Part shown: positions 19,051 to 29,094 of the stretch, piece by piece
How the letters are laid out: each line of letters opens with the position of its first letter
Position numbering within the stretch: position 1 is the stretch's first letter
Source: Candidatus Omnitrophota bacterium
GTDB lineage: Bacteria > Omnitrophota > Gorgyraeia > Zapsychrales > Zapsychraceae
Length of the DNA: 64,000 nt
Direction of reading: 5' to 3'
NCBI GenBank assembly: GCA_022703565.1
Contig: JAKLDK010000001.1
Coordinates: 8,017-72,016 of the forward strand
The notes under the pieces: generated by a model
What the model was told of the DNA's origin: nothing
Seen by the model: the letters and a program-made list of their open reading frames with translations, nothing else
The model's database searches: none
Translations under genes and position numbers: made by a program

Positions 19051-20799
19051 GTGTCAGAACAAATAAGATTAGGCGAGGTTGTTGGAGTAAACGGAAATAT
19101 GGTTGTTGCTCGTTTTGATGAAAAGGTTATGCAAAACGAAGTTGCCTATGTTGTCGTAGGTAATGAAAAGCTTAAAGCTGAAGTTATCCGGGTAAGAGGA
19201 GATAAAGCTGATTTGCAGGTGTTTGAAGACACGGTGGGGATAAGAATTGGAAGTAAAGTGGAATTTACCAATGCTCTTTTAAGCGTAGAATTGGGGCCGG
19301 GTTTATTAGGGCAGATATTCGACGGATTGCAAAATCCTCTTCCTCGTTTGGCGGAAAAACACGGATTTTTCTTAAAAAGAGGCGAATATTTAGAGGCGCT
19401 TGATTATGCAAAAGAATGGGAGTTCACGCCTTCGGTCAAGGTGAATGACATTGTCCGCTCCGGAGATAAATTAGGAGAAGTTGATGAATTTATATTCAAG
19501 CATTCGATTATGGTACCATTTAATTTTCAAGGAAAGTTTGAGGTGGTTGAGATTGCGAGCAAAAGGAATTATAAAATAAAGGATGTAATCGCCAAGTTAA
19601 AAGATGAGGAAGGCAAAGTACATTCAGTGACAATGGTGCAGAATTGGCCGGTTAAGATTGCGATTAAAGCTTACGCCGAGAAGTTACAGCCAGAAGTTCC
19701 GTTGGTAACAAAAATACGAATTATCGATACTCTTGTGCCTGTTGCCGTCGGAGGGACATTTTGTACCCCGGGGCCGTTTGGCGCGGGAAAAACTGTTTTA
19801 CAGCATCTTTTAAGCCGGCATGCGGAGGTGGATATTGTAATTATTGCGGCTTGCGGAGAACGCGCGGGAGAAGTTGTTGAAATATTAGAAGAATTCCCTC
19901 ATTTGGTTGATCCCAGGACAAAGCGCACTTTAATGGATAGGACAATTATTATTTGCAATACCAGCTCAATGCCTGTTGCTGCCCGGGAATCAAGCGTTTA
20001 TACGGCGGTAACAATGGCTGAATATTATAGGCAAATGGGATTCAATGTGTTTTTGTTGGCCGATTCAACTTCGCGCTGGGCGCAGGCAATGCGGGAGATG
20101 TCCGGCCGTCTTGAAGAAATTCCCGGCGAAGAAGCTTTTCCGGCATATTTGGAATCGCGTATCGCGTCATTTTATGAAAGAGCGGGATTAGTAAGATTGC
20201 GCAACGGCAAGACGGGATCTATTACAATTGGCGGGGCAGTTTCTCCGGCGGGCGGAAATTTTGAAGAACCGGTAACCCAAGCAACACTCAAGGTTGTCGG
20301 GGCTTTTCACGGTCTTTCGCGCGACCGGGCTAATGCCCGGCGTTATCCGGCGGTAGATCCTTTGGAAAGCTGGAGCAAGTATAAAAGCTTTATTGACCAG
20401 AATAAAATCGCTAAAGCCATTAAGACTTTACATAAAGGCCATAGCGTTGAACAGATGATGAAGGTCGTAGGAGAAGAAGGAACGGCTATTGAAGATTTTA
20501 TTACTTACCTCAAAGGCGAGTTTTTTGACAGCGTTTATTTGCAGCAGAATGCTTTTGATAAAACAGATGAAGCGACTAATGCCGAGAGGCAAAGCTATGT
20601 TTTTAACACAATTGAAAAGATTTTAGATAATGAATTTAATTTTGATGGCAAAGATAATGCCCGACGTTATTTTCAGCAATTAAGGCAAATGTTCATTACT
20701 TGGAATTCAAATGAATTCATGTCGAGTGAGTTTAAGAAGCAAGAAGGAATTATAAACGATAAAATTAAGTCCGAAAACGTTGAAGAAATAAAATTGTAA
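19051..20799 (+). CDS. atpA: V/A-type ATP synthase catalytic subunit A
   Basis: Walker A motif GPFGAGKTV and a non-homologous insertion region; 582 aa. Confidence 0.9.
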   Translation: MSEQIRLGEVVGVNGNMVVARFDEKVMQNEVAYVVVGNEKLKAEVIRVRGDKADLQVFEDTVGIRIGSKVEFTNALLSVELGPGLLGQIFDGLQNPLPRLAEKHGFFLKRGEYLEALDYAKEWEFTPSVKVNDIVRSGDKLGEVDEFIFKHSIMVPFNFQGKFEVVEIASKRNYKIKDVIAKLKDEEGKVHSVTMVQNWPVKIAIKAYAEKLQPEVPLVTKIRIIDTLVPVAVGGTFCTPGPFGAGKTVLQHLLSRHAEVDIVIIAACGERAGEVVEILEEFPHLVDPRTKRTLMDRTIIICNTSSMPVAARESSVYTAVTMAEYYRQMGFNVFLLADSTSRWAQAMREMSGRLEEIPGEEAFPAYLESRIASFYERAGLVRLRNGKTGSITIGGAVSPAGGNFEEPVTQATLKVVGAFHGLSRDRANARRYPAVDPLESWSKYKSFIDQNKIAKAIKTLHKGHSVEQMMKVVGEEGTAIEDFITYLKGEFFDSVYLQQNAFDKTDEATNAERQSYVFNTIEKILDNEFNFDGKDNARRYFQQLRQMFITWNSNEFMSSEFKKQEGIINDKIKSENVEEIKL

Positions 20800-20808
20800 G
20801 GAAAAAAC

Positions 20809-22104
20809 ATGCAAAAAGTATACAGCCAAATATCACAAATAGTAGGAGATGTTATTACGGTTGAGGCGGAAGATGTGGGATACCGGGAGCTGGCTGAAGT
20901 AAGGACTCCGCAGGGAATTTCACTCGCGCAAGTAATCCGTCTGGATGGCAAAAAAGTCTATCTGCAGGTTTTAACCGGCAGCCGGGGTATTTCAACCAAT
21001 GACAAGGTAAGGTTCTTGAAGCATCCGATGAAAGTTTCCTGCTCGGAGAATTTAAAAGGGAGAATATTTACCGGAAGCGGTACCCCGCGCGATAATGGCC
21101 CGGAATTAACTGATAATTTAATCGCGATAGGCGGGCCGTCGGTAAATCCGGTAAAGAGAATTGTTCCCCATGAGATGATTCGTACCGGAATACCGATGAT
21201 TGATTTGTTTAATTCTTTGGTTGTTTCGCAAAAACTTCCGATATTCTCAGTTGCGGGCGAGCCGTACAATCCTTTGCTGGCCCGTATCGCGATGCAAGCG
21301 GAGGTTGATTTGATTATTTTAGGCGGAATGGGATTAAAATATGACGACTATTTGTTTTTTAAAAATACATTTGAAAAACACGGGTCGCTATCAAAGACAA
21401 TAATGTTTGTTCATACTGCATCCGACCCGACGGTAGAATGCTTGCTTGTGCCGGACATGGCCTTAGCTGTTGCTGAACAATTTGCTCAGGAAGGAAAAAA
21501 GGTTTTGGTTTTGCTGACCGACATGACAAATTTCTGCGATTCATTAAAAGAAATCGCGATTACGATGGAGCAAATTCCTTCCAATCGCGGTTATCCGGGA
21601 GATCTTTATAGCCAGTTAGCTTCTCGGTATGAAAAAGCAGTTGATTTTAAAGGTTCGGGCTCAATAACAGTTTTAGCGGTAACAACAATGCCGGGAGACG
21701 ATGTTACTCATCCCGTTCCGGATAATACCGGATATATTACCGAGGGGCAGTTTTATTTACGCGGCGGGCACATTGAGCCATTCGGAAGCTTGAGCCGTCT
21801 TAAACAAAAAGTAAATGACCGCACCCGATCTGATCATCGGGCAATTATGGACCGGATGATTCAGTTCTTTGCTGATTACCGTGAAACATTAGAAAAGCGT
21901 TCTTTAGGATTTCGTATGAGCGCTTGGGATAATAAACTTTTAGACTTCGGAAAAAGATTTGAGACGGAATTAATGGATTTATCCGTTAATATTCCAATAG
22001 AGCAAGCCTTAGATATTTGCTGGAAAATATTGTCCGATATATTTGAACCGGCGGCGGTTGGTATTAAAGAATCGTTGCTAAAAGAATATTGGCCGAAGAA
22101 ATAA
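20809..22104 (+). CDS. atpB: V/A-type ATP synthase subunit B
   Basis: A 431-aa non-catalytic subunit with a degenerate P-loop region and strong F1/V1 alpha/beta-fold similarity. Confidence 0.9.
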   Translation: MQKVYSQISQIVGDVITVEAEDVGYRELAEVRTPQGISLAQVIRLDGKKVYLQVLTGSRGISTNDKVRFLKHPMKVSCSENLKGRIFTGSGTPRDNGPELTDNLIAIGGPSVNPVKRIVPHEMIRTGIPMIDLFNSLVVSQKLPIFSVAGEPYNPLLARIAMQAEVDLIILGGMGLKYDDYLFFKNTFEKHGSLSKTIMFVHTASDPTVECLLVPDMALAVAEQFAQEGKKVLVLLTDMTNFCDSLKEIAITMEQIPSNRGYPGDLYSQLASRYEKAVDFKGSGSITVLAVTTMPGDDVTHPVPDNTGYITEGQFYLRGGHIEPFGSLSRLKQKVNDRTRSDHRAIMDRMIQFFADYRETLEKRSLGFRMSAWDNKLLDFGKRFETELMDLSVNIPIEQALDICWKILSDIFEPAAVGIKESLLKEYWPKK

Positions 22105-22108
22105 GAAA

Positions 22109-22726
22109 ATGGCGAAAATTAAATATACAAAAGGTGAATTAAAGAAACAAAGAGATGATTTGTCTTTGTTTAGCCATTATCTGCCGACATTGCAGCTTAA
22201 GAAGCAGCAACTGCAGCTAAAGATATTAGAAATCCGTCGGCTGATAGAAGAAAGAAAGGCCGCCTTTGCAGAATCAAATAAGTCAATTTTAAAGTGGATA
22301 GGATTATTATCCGATGCTAGAACGTCGATACTCTCTTGGATCAAGCCGGTCAAGATTTTATATTCCGAGGATAATATTGCCGGAGTTGATGTTTGGGTTT
22401 ACAAAGATGTTGTTTTCAAAGAAAAAGATTACGATTGTTATTCAACGCCTTTCTGGGTAGATAAGGCCATTGAAGCGTTACAGCAAAAGATGAAATTATT
22501 GGTTGAGATAGAACTTTTAAATAAACAAATATCAGTGTTAGGCGAGGAATTACGCATTACAACCCAGCGGGTTAATTTATTTGAAAAAGTAAAAATACCG
22601 GAATCGGTGGATAATATCCGTAAGATTAGAATATATTTGGGTGATCAAATGGCGAATGCTGTCGGTATAAGTAAAGTTGCGAAGAAAAAGACGCAAACGA
22701 GGGAAGCCTTAGAGGCCGCGGTATGA
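22109..22726 (+). CDS. atpD: V/A-type ATP synthase subunit D
   Basis: A 205-aa coiled-coil central stalk protein immediately after subunit B. Confidence 0.7.
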   Translation: MAKIKYTKGELKKQRDDLSLFSHYLPTLQLKKQQLQLKILEIRRLIEERKAAFAESNKSILKWIGLLSDARTSILSWIKPVKILYSEDNIAGVDVWVYKDVVFKEKDYDCYSTPFWVDKAIEALQQKMKLLVEIELLNKQISVLGEELRITTQRVNLFEKVKIPESVDNIRKIRIYLGDQMANAVGISKVAKKKTQTREALEAAV

Positions 22727-24513
22727 TTGTAAAAATGAAGAAAATACATTTAATTGTGCAAGAAAAAGACTCGAAGAGAGCGCTTAAGAATCTTGCTCTC
22801 TTGGGGGTTGTTCACGTCGAGCATTTAGAGGTCTTGACCGGAGAACCCTTGTCTAACATCAATCAGAATATTGACAAAATAAATAAAGCGATACAAATAT
22901 TAGGCCAAATTTCTGAAGCAAAGCCGGTTAAACAGGAAGTGTTGCCCAGAGAGAAAGTTGAATTAACTGTTGATGAAATATTAAAAAATAGCGAGCAAAT
23001 TGAGAAGCTAAAAGATAACCAGCAAAAAAGGCAGAAGCTCATAGATTATTGGAAAGCTTGGGGAGATTTTAATCTGGGGGATATTAATCTCATAAAAGAG
23101 AAAGGTTTAACTGTTTCTTTGTACGAGCTACTGTCCAGCCAGATGAAGCAGATTCCTACAGATGTTTTGGTTGAGAAAATAAGTATTTCCGGTGCGATTC
23201 ATTATTGTCTGGTTGTTTCTCGAGGAGAAATCATATTGCCGGGAGTTGTTGTTAATTTGCCGGCGCAAAGCCTAAATGATATGATTCGCGAACAAAAAGA
23301 AGAGCAAGAATTAATTGTTAATAAAGAAAATGATATTAAAGCGAAGCTGGTTTATAAAGATTTATTGCAAGATGCTTTATTGCAGAACCTTGATTTAAAG
23401 AGCTTTGAAGAAGCAAATGCCGGAATGCAGAAAGATGGGGTTTTAAGTGTGCTTAAAGGCTATTGTCCTATTCACAAAGAAAGTCTTTTGCGCGATGAAG
23501 CTGTAAAGAACAAGTGGGGATTATTGCTCGAAGAGCCAGAGGCTACAGATAATGTCCCGACGCTATTACAGAATAACCGATTTATCGAATTGGTGAAACC
23601 GGTTTTTGATTTTATGGGAATTGTTCCCGGATATCATGAGGCTGATGTTAGCTTTTGTTTTCTTTTGTTCTTCTCGATGTTTTTTGGGATTCTTATCGGA
23701 GACGCCGGGTATGGAGCAATATTTTTTGGCTTGACTTTTTACTTTCATCAGAAATTAAAGAATCAAGTAACAGATAAAAAACCATTTTATTTAGTTTATT
23801 TCTTAAGCTTTTGCGCAATTGCTTGGGGCCTTTTTACCGGAACATTTTTTGGCGCTTCTTTGTTTGGAAAATATGTTAAGCCGGTTATTCCGTGGCTGAC
23901 CGATGAGCGTAAAATGCAGTTTCTTTGTTTTTTAATCGGCTCTATTCATCTAACAATAGCTCATGTGTGGAGGGCTTTAAGAAAAGGCAAGTCACTTTTG
24001 GTTTTGTCTGACGTCGGATGGATTGTAATTATCTGGTCGGCGTTTTTTTATGCCCAGCAATTTATTCTAAATACCGCAGTACCGGCTTTTGTTAATCCGG
24101 CGGTTGGCATAGCTTTCTTAATCATCGTTGCATTTAGTCAAACTTTGGCTGATATTAAAAAAGATATTCCGGCATTTGTTATTGGAATAATGTTAACGGT
24201 TTTATCTGTTATTAGCACATTGATAGATGTAATTTCATATATCCGTCTTTTTGCCGTCGGGCTTGCCGGGTTGTTCTTGGCGGAATCTTTTACTCAAATG
24301 GCGCTGGGGATTGGTTTTAGAAACTTCTTTTTAGGATTGGGAACTATTGCCGTTTTGGTTTTGGGCCATATGCTAAATGTTATTTTGGGTGTTTTAGCGG
24401 TAATGGTGCACGGCCTTCGGCTTAACATCCTTGAGTTTTCCGGGCATTTAGGATTGGAGTGGAGCGGAAGGGCGTACAATCCATTCCGACAACAATATCA
24501 ACAAAAAACGTAA
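22723..24513 (+). CDS. atpI: V/A-type ATP synthase subunit I (a-subunit)
   Basis: Hydrophilic N-terminal half and polytopic C-terminal half; conserved Arg in HGLRLNILEF. Confidence 0.8.
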   Translation: MIVKMKKIHLIVQEKDSKRALKNLALLGVVHVEHLEVLTGEPLSNINQNIDKINKAIQILGQISEAKPVKQEVLPREKVELTVDEILKNSEQIEKLKDNQQKRQKLIDYWKAWGDFNLGDINLIKEKGLTVSLYELLSSQMKQIPTDVLVEKISISGAIHYCLVVSRGEIILPGVVVNLPAQSLNDMIREQKEEQELIVNKENDIKAKLVYKDLLQDALLQNLDLKSFEEANAGMQKDGVLSVLKGYCPIHKESLLRDEAVKNKWGLLLEEPEATDNVPTLLQNNRFIELVKPVFDFMGIVPGYHEADVSFCFLLFFSMFFGILIGDAGYGAIFFGLTFYFHQKLKNQVTDKKPFYLVYFLSFCAIAWGLFTGTFFGASLFGKYVKPVIPWLTDERKMQFLCFLIGSIHLTIAHVWRALRKGKSLLVLSDVGWIVIIWSAFFYAQQFILNTAVPAFVNPAVGIAFLIIVAFSQTLADIKKDIPAFVIGIMLTVLSVISTLIDVISYIRLFAVGLAGLFLAESFTQMALGIGFRNFFLGLGTIAVLVLGHMLNVILGVLAVMVHGLRLNILEFSGHLGLEWSGRAYNPFRQQYQQKT

Positions 24514-24539
24514 TAAACAATAAATTGAAGGAGAGTATT

Positions 24540-25007
24540 ATGGAAACAGTGGGCATGATAAGTAATTTTAAAGATTTAGGGGTTGCGGCGGTGTTAGTTT
24601 TCTCGGCGATGGGTTCATGTTTTGGTGTTTTGGCAGCTGGAACAGCTTCCGTAGGAGCATGGAAAAAAGGTTTTGTCCGCAATAAGCCGGCGCCGTTTAT
24701 TCCATTGTTAGCATTTATCGGCGCACCGTTGTCTCAAACATTTTATGGCATGATCTTAATGAATAAAATTGCTGATGTGGTTTCGCAAGGAGCTTCATAT
24801 TTATGGTTTATTGGGGCTTTGGCTGGAATTGCAATCGGGTTAAGCGCAGCATCTCAAGGAAAAATTGGCGCAGCGGCGGCTGATGCTATGGGAGAATCGG
24901 AAAAGGGTTTTACCAATTATATTGCGGCCTTGGGTATTATTGAATCGGTTGCAATTTTCGTCATGGTTTTTTCTCTGCAAGTTATCAAAAAGTTGGCTGG
25001 GATATAA
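24540..25007 (+). CDS. atpK: V/A-type ATP synthase proteolipid subunit K (c-subunit)
   Basis: Hydrophobic hairpin repeats with GxGxGxG packing motifs. Start set at the ATG at 24540, which follows a GAAGGAGAG RBS; the ORF-track start overlaps atpI. Confidence 0.75.
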   Translation: METVGMISNFKDLGVAAVLVFSAMGSCFGVLAAGTASVGAWKKGFVRNKPAPFIPLLAFIGAPLSQTFYGMILMNKIADVVSQGASYLWFIGALAGIAIGLSAASQGKIGAAAADAMGESEKGFTNYIAALGIIESVAIFVMVFSLQVIKKLAGI

Positions 25008-25295
25008 AGGAGAAGCAGCTCCAAAAAGTTGTTCTTTAGAAAATTTGACTGTGGAAGACTTTTAGTGTAATATATCGCAGCTCTTTTATAATGAATTGTT
25101 TTTTGGGCGGTTATCCCCGTTAAGCTAAAACTTAACGAGGACTCGCCAATATTAAACTTTGATGGGCTCAGCCCTGCTTTTTCAATAAGAAGATGGAAAG
25201 AAAGCAGGATCATTTCTTCCTTTGATTCTTTAGGGAAGAAATGACTGGTAGAGCCGATTCAATATTTGACAATTTAAGATTATTACTAGATTTAT

Positions 25296-25368
25296 GGGCG
25301 GTTAGCTCAGCTGGTAGAGCTCCTGACTTACATTCAGGAGGCCGTAGGTTCGAGTCCTGCACCGCCCA
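25296..25368 (+). tRNA. tRNA-Val (anticodon TAC)
   Basis: A 73-nt cloverleaf: acceptor GGGCGGT/ACCGCCC, D-stem GCTC/GAGC, anticodon stem CCTGA/TCAGG with loop CTTACAT, T-loop TTCGAGT. No CCA is encoded. Confidence 0.9.
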
Positions 25369-25453
25369 TTATTTATATCTTTTGTACGGCAAAGTTTTTC
25401 TTTACAAAGTAAAAGATTTTTAATAAACTAATGCGATTTTTCAATTTAGTTTT

Positions 25454-25528
25454 GGGCTCGTAGTGTAGCTTGGTTAACATGTCAGCTTGTCACGCTGAAG
25501 ATCGCGAGTTCGAATCTCGTCGAGCCCG
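25454..25528 (+). tRNA. tRNA-Asp (anticodon GTC)
   Basis: A 75-nt cloverleaf: acceptor GGGCTCG/CGAGCCC, anticodon stem TCAGC/GCTGA with loop TTGTCAC, T-loop TTCGAAT. Confidence 0.9.
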
Positions 25529-25537
25529 TAAATATTA

Positions 25538-25570
25538 AAGCCCCCATTTTTATGGGGGCTTTTTATTTGT
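25538..25570. terminator. Bidirectional intrinsic terminator
   Basis: AAAGCCCCCAT-TTTT-ATGGGGGCTTTTTATTT hairpin flanked by A/T runs on both sides. It sits between the tRNAs (+) and the convergent membrane-protein gene (-). Confidence 0.8.
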
Positions 25571-25593
25571 AAGATGGTCAACAAGAGGTAAGT

Positions 25594-27213
25594 TTATTTG
25601 TCGGATTTCTTCCTATGTAAGATTTTTATTCCGTAATTCCATGCCCAACCAGGAGGGTTTATCCAGTCTCCGAATTTGGCTACTACTTCGAAATTGTCTT
25701 CAATATATTTACCAATTAAAGGGCAATATGTTTGGCCAAGAACGCCTAAGCCTGTTTCGGCTGAATTGATTCGATTTGATAAAACAATCCAATTAATTTT
25801 ATTTTTTTCGAGCTCTGATAGTATGCCTTTTTCTTGTTCTTCGGTTATTTTAATATGGTCGAAAAAAATTAATTGTTTTGTCGGGCTTCTTTTTTCTAGA
25901 AGATAATATAGCAAAGGATCGTAGGGCAAGGCAAGAAATGAGTCGTTGCTCTTTAGATTAGATTGTAAAAAAAGAGTTGTTACGTTTAAGGTATTTACCC
26001 AAGAAGGGTCATTATAAACAAATACCCGCCCGCGTTTGGCAATGATATAGCGGTCATTGTCTAAGGTTTTCTTGAAATAATTGCCTGTAATAATAAAGTG
26101 GCTAACAAGAATAAGAATAATCGTTGCGAAAGAGAGTTTTTGAATATTTTTTGGAAATGAATTTAAAGCAAAATTAAGAATAATAAAAGAAATCATTATT
26201 CCGACGGCTTCGGACCAGATAGTTCTGTAGGCTACTCCGCTTAACAACAGTTCATGTAACAACACAATATAAAAAATTATAAGTATTGTCAGATAAAGGA
26301 ATATTTTCTTCCCTTCAAGGGAGGCGAGCCTGTCTTTGATTAATAAATAAATACAACGACTTGCAAATAAAGCCAGGGCTAAATGCCAAAGAATGCCGAA
26401 TGAAACATCTTTGGCATTAAATAGCATTACGGCAAAATATGTTTTGATGCCTTGAAATAAACCGATGCTATGCGGTTGGTCGCCGGAAAGATAAGGAAGG
26501 CATTGGCGGATATAATAGATAGGCAGGTTAAAAAAAAGTTTCTTATATCCGAAGAACATGATTAAAGGAGAAACAACGAGTAGGCATAAATAGAACAAGG
26601 GCTTTAATTTGTTTTTTGGAGTTTTGTTGATATGGTCGGTTAAGGCGACTGCAATAAAAGATATAAATAGAGTAGCTAGGCCAAAATTTAATTTTATGAA
26701 AGATAGTGTTAATGTCGATGCCAGGCTAAAAAACAAATATTTCAAATTAGCGCGTTCAATATATAGAAAGATGAAATAAAGAGAAAGCAGGATAAAAACA
26801 ATTGCTCCGTCGTGGTTGTAGGTAAAGAAGAATGTATGCCTAAAAAGATAAAACCAGCATGCGGCGAAAAATCCAATGATTGAGCTAGTAACAAGTTGTA
26901 AGCTAAGAAAGATAAGAACACCAGAAGCGATAACTAAAATTGTTTGTCCTAACAAAATGCTCGATATTTTTATTCCAAAAAGCTTAAAAAACATGCTGTA
27001 GTAATAAGGCATCAAGGGGCCGTATACCCACCAATAATCTTGATAAGCCTTGGCGCCGTGTAAGGTTTGTTCAAAAGCGTACAGATCGCGTCCGTGATCT
27101 CCGGTTGAAAGAATTTGTTGTTGCTCGGTTTGCGGCAGATATACTGCACATCCGACAGCAATAACCAAAATAAAGAAGAATGTTTTTAAGTTAATTCTTT
27201 TGAGAGTTTTCAT
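25594..27213 (-). CDS. Polytopic membrane protein, putative GT-C-fold glycosyltransferase (family uncertain)
   Basis: 539 aa with at least 10 predicted TM helices. The first extracytoplasmic loop has a D/E-rich motif (TGDHGRDLYAFE) and there is a C-terminal soluble domain, as in GT39/GT83-like enzymes. Confidence 0.3.
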   Translation of the reverse strand: MKTLKRINLKTFFFILVIAVGCAVYLPQTEQQQILSTGDHGRDLYAFEQTLHGAKAYQDYWWVYGPLMPYYYSMFFKLFGIKISSILLGQTILVIASGVLIFLSLQLVTSSIIGFFAACWFYLFRHTFFFTYNHDGAIVFILLSLYFIFLYIERANLKYLFFSLASTLTLSFIKLNFGLATLFISFIAVALTDHINKTPKNKLKPLFYLCLLVVSPLIMFFGYKKLFFNLPIYYIRQCLPYLSGDQPHSIGLFQGIKTYFAVMLFNAKDVSFGILWHLALALFASRCIYLLIKDRLASLEGKKIFLYLTILIIFYIVLLHELLLSGVAYRTIWSEAVGIMISFIILNFALNSFPKNIQKLSFATIILILVSHFIITGNYFKKTLDNDRYIIAKRGRVFVYNDPSWVNTLNVTTLFLQSNLKSNDSFLALPYDPLLYYLLEKRSPTKQLIFFDHIKITEEQEKGILSELEKNKINWIVLSNRINSAETGLGVLGQTYCPLIGKYIEDNFEVVAKFGDWINPPGWAWNYGIKILHRKKSDK

Positions 27214-27314
27214 GGATTTAATATCTACATATGTATTAGTTGTATTATATAATGCTATTGACTATAATTAATTAAATTTTAAGATTAATTAATTTCTTAG
27301 GAAAGGAACAGGAA

Positions 27315-27635
27315 ATGGCAACAATTGATGATTTTAGAAAAATAGAGCTTGTGATCGGAGAGGTAAAGGAAGTTAAAGACCATCCCAATGCCGATAAGCT
27401 TTTTGTGGTAAAAGTTGATACGGGAAAAGAAATAAGGCAAGTAGTCGCCGGCATAAAAAAGTCTTATAAGCCGGAAGATTTAGTTGGTCGCCAAGTTGTT
27501 TTGGTCAGCAATTTGGACCCGGCTGTAATTAGAGGCGAAGAATCGCAAGGAATGATTTTAGCGGCGTCTGATGAGAATGGCATTTGTGTTTTGCAGCCGG
27601 ATAAAAAGGTTACCTTAGGTAGTATTGCCAAATAA
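27315..27635 (+). CDS. tRNA-binding domain protein (CsaA/Trbp111/EMAP-like)
   Basis: IELVIGEVKEVKDHPNADKLFVVKVDTG...VVAGI...VLVSNL matches the OB-fold tRNA_bind (Myf) domain; 106 aa. Confidence 0.75.
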   Translation: MATIDDFRKIELVIGEVKEVKDHPNADKLFVVKVDTGKEIRQVVAGIKKSYKPEDLVGRQVVLVSNLDPAVIRGEESQGMILAASDENGICVLQPDKKVTLGSIAK

Positions 27636-27714
27636 ATCATGGTTGTTTTAAGCGAGGCCTTATCTTTGTCCAGTCCAGCCCATAAATTTTCATTACAATT
27701 TATCGGAGAAGAAA

Positions 27715-28203
27715 ATGTATAAAGATTTTCCGGAATTTGTAACATCGGAGGCTTGCCTTCAATGTGACGGCTGCTGCCGATTCTCGGACGATAAAAGTGT
27801 ATGGCGTCCGAAAGTTGGCAAAGAAGAACTGACGGATAGCATAAGGAACGATATTGGCGAAGAATTTTGTTTAAGGACTATTGACAAAAACAATCAAGCG
27901 CAATGTGTTTTCTTCCGTGAAACAAATAACAAATGTTCCATTTATCCGAATCGGCCTTTTGACTGCCGGCTTTATCCGTTTGTTTTGCTAAAAGAAAAGA
28001 ATAGGCGATTTTTATCTGTGCATAAAATGTGCCCGTATGTTTCTTCTAAACATAATTCTGAAGAATTTAAAAAGGCTGTTTGCGAAATAAAAAAGTATAT
28101 GAATGGTAAAAGTATAAAAATTTTTGTTTCTCAGAACCGACACCTCTTCGGTGAATATGTCAACTACAGAAACGAATTAGAAGTGTTATTTGAAATCGAA
28201 TAG
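27715..28203 (+). CDS. YkgJ-family Cys-cluster protein (putative Fe-S/Zn-binding, UPF0153)
   Basis: CLQCDGCC plus CVFF...CSIYPNRPFDCRLYPF, characteristic of the YkgJ CxxCxxCC family. Confidence 0.65.
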   Translation: MYKDFPEFVTSEACLQCDGCCRFSDDKSVWRPKVGKEELTDSIRNDIGEEFCLRTIDKNNQAQCVFFRETNNKCSIYPNRPFDCRLYPFVLLKEKNRRFLSVHKMCPYVSSKHNSEEFKKAVCEIKKYMNGKSIKIFVSQNRHLFGEYVNYRNELEVLFEIE

Positions 28204-29094
28204 ATGCCAAAAGATATTTTAAAAGAAAAGGCGTTGGTTGAGAAATATTTAAAGAAGCACGAGCATAGCTTAGCTGCTTTTTCTTTTGTTAATATTTTTA
28301 TATGGCAGGACTATTTTGCTTTTGATGTTAGAGAACTCGACGGGAATTTATGTGTTTTTGCGAAGAATATTGTCGGCGAATTCTTATATTTGCCGCCTTT
28401 GGGTAATTCTATCAGCCCAAAAGCGGTCGAAGTTTCTTTTGAGCGGATGAGAAAGAATAATAAGAATAGTGGTGTTAGCCGAATTGAGAATTTTGCAGAC
28501 ACAACGCTATTTGATGTAAATCAATATAAGATTTATAAAAAGAGTGAAGACTACATTTATCTTTCCAGCGATATTGCCGATTTGAAAGGGAATGCTTATA
28601 AGTCGAAACGCTCTTCATGTAATCAATTTGTTAAAAATAATAATTATGAGCTTGCGAGTTATGAGGATTCGATGAGGGGCGAGTGTTTGGCCTTGTATCA
28701 AAAGTGGGCAAGGGGAAGAAAGAGTAGCTATTCCGACGGAGTATATCAACAAATGATTGATGAGAATGAAAAAGTACATTCGCTTGTTTTCGATTATCAC
28801 CAGGAGCTTAATATGTTTTCCCGGGTGGTGTTGATTGCCGGGAGAATTGAAGGCTATACTTTCGGATATGAAATAAATAAAGATATGTTTTGTATTTTGC
28901 TTGAGGTCACAAATCTGAAGATAAACGGATTGGCGACATTCATATTTTCTAGCACTTGCCAATTGTTAGGCAAAAAATATAAATATATTAATGCGATGGA
29001 TGATTTTGGGATGGATAATATTAAAAAAGTTAAGATGTCTTTTCACCCGGTAAAATTATTGCCGGCCTATAACATGACAGAAAGTAAATGTTAA
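28204..29094 (+). CDS. DUF2156 / MprF C-terminal-domain-like protein (putative aminoacyl-tRNA-dependent aminoacyltransferase)
   Basis: A 296-aa standalone protein with size and motif distribution consistent with the tandem-GNAT fold of aminoacyl-PG synthase C-domains and VlmA-type transferases. Assigned by pattern only. Confidence 0.35.
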   Translation: MPKDILKEKALVEKYLKKHEHSLAAFSFVNIFIWQDYFAFDVRELDGNLCVFAKNIVGEFLYLPPLGNSISPKAVEVSFERMRKNNKNSGVSRIENFADTTLFDVNQYKIYKKSEDYIYLSSDIADLKGNAYKSKRSSCNQFVKNNNYELASYEDSMRGECLALYQKWARGRKSSYSDGVYQQMIDENEKVHSLVFDYHQELNMFSRVVLIAGRIEGYTFGYEINKDMFCILLEVTNLKINGLATFIFSSTCQLLGKKYKYINAMDDFGMDNIKKVKMSFHPVKLLPAYNMTESKC

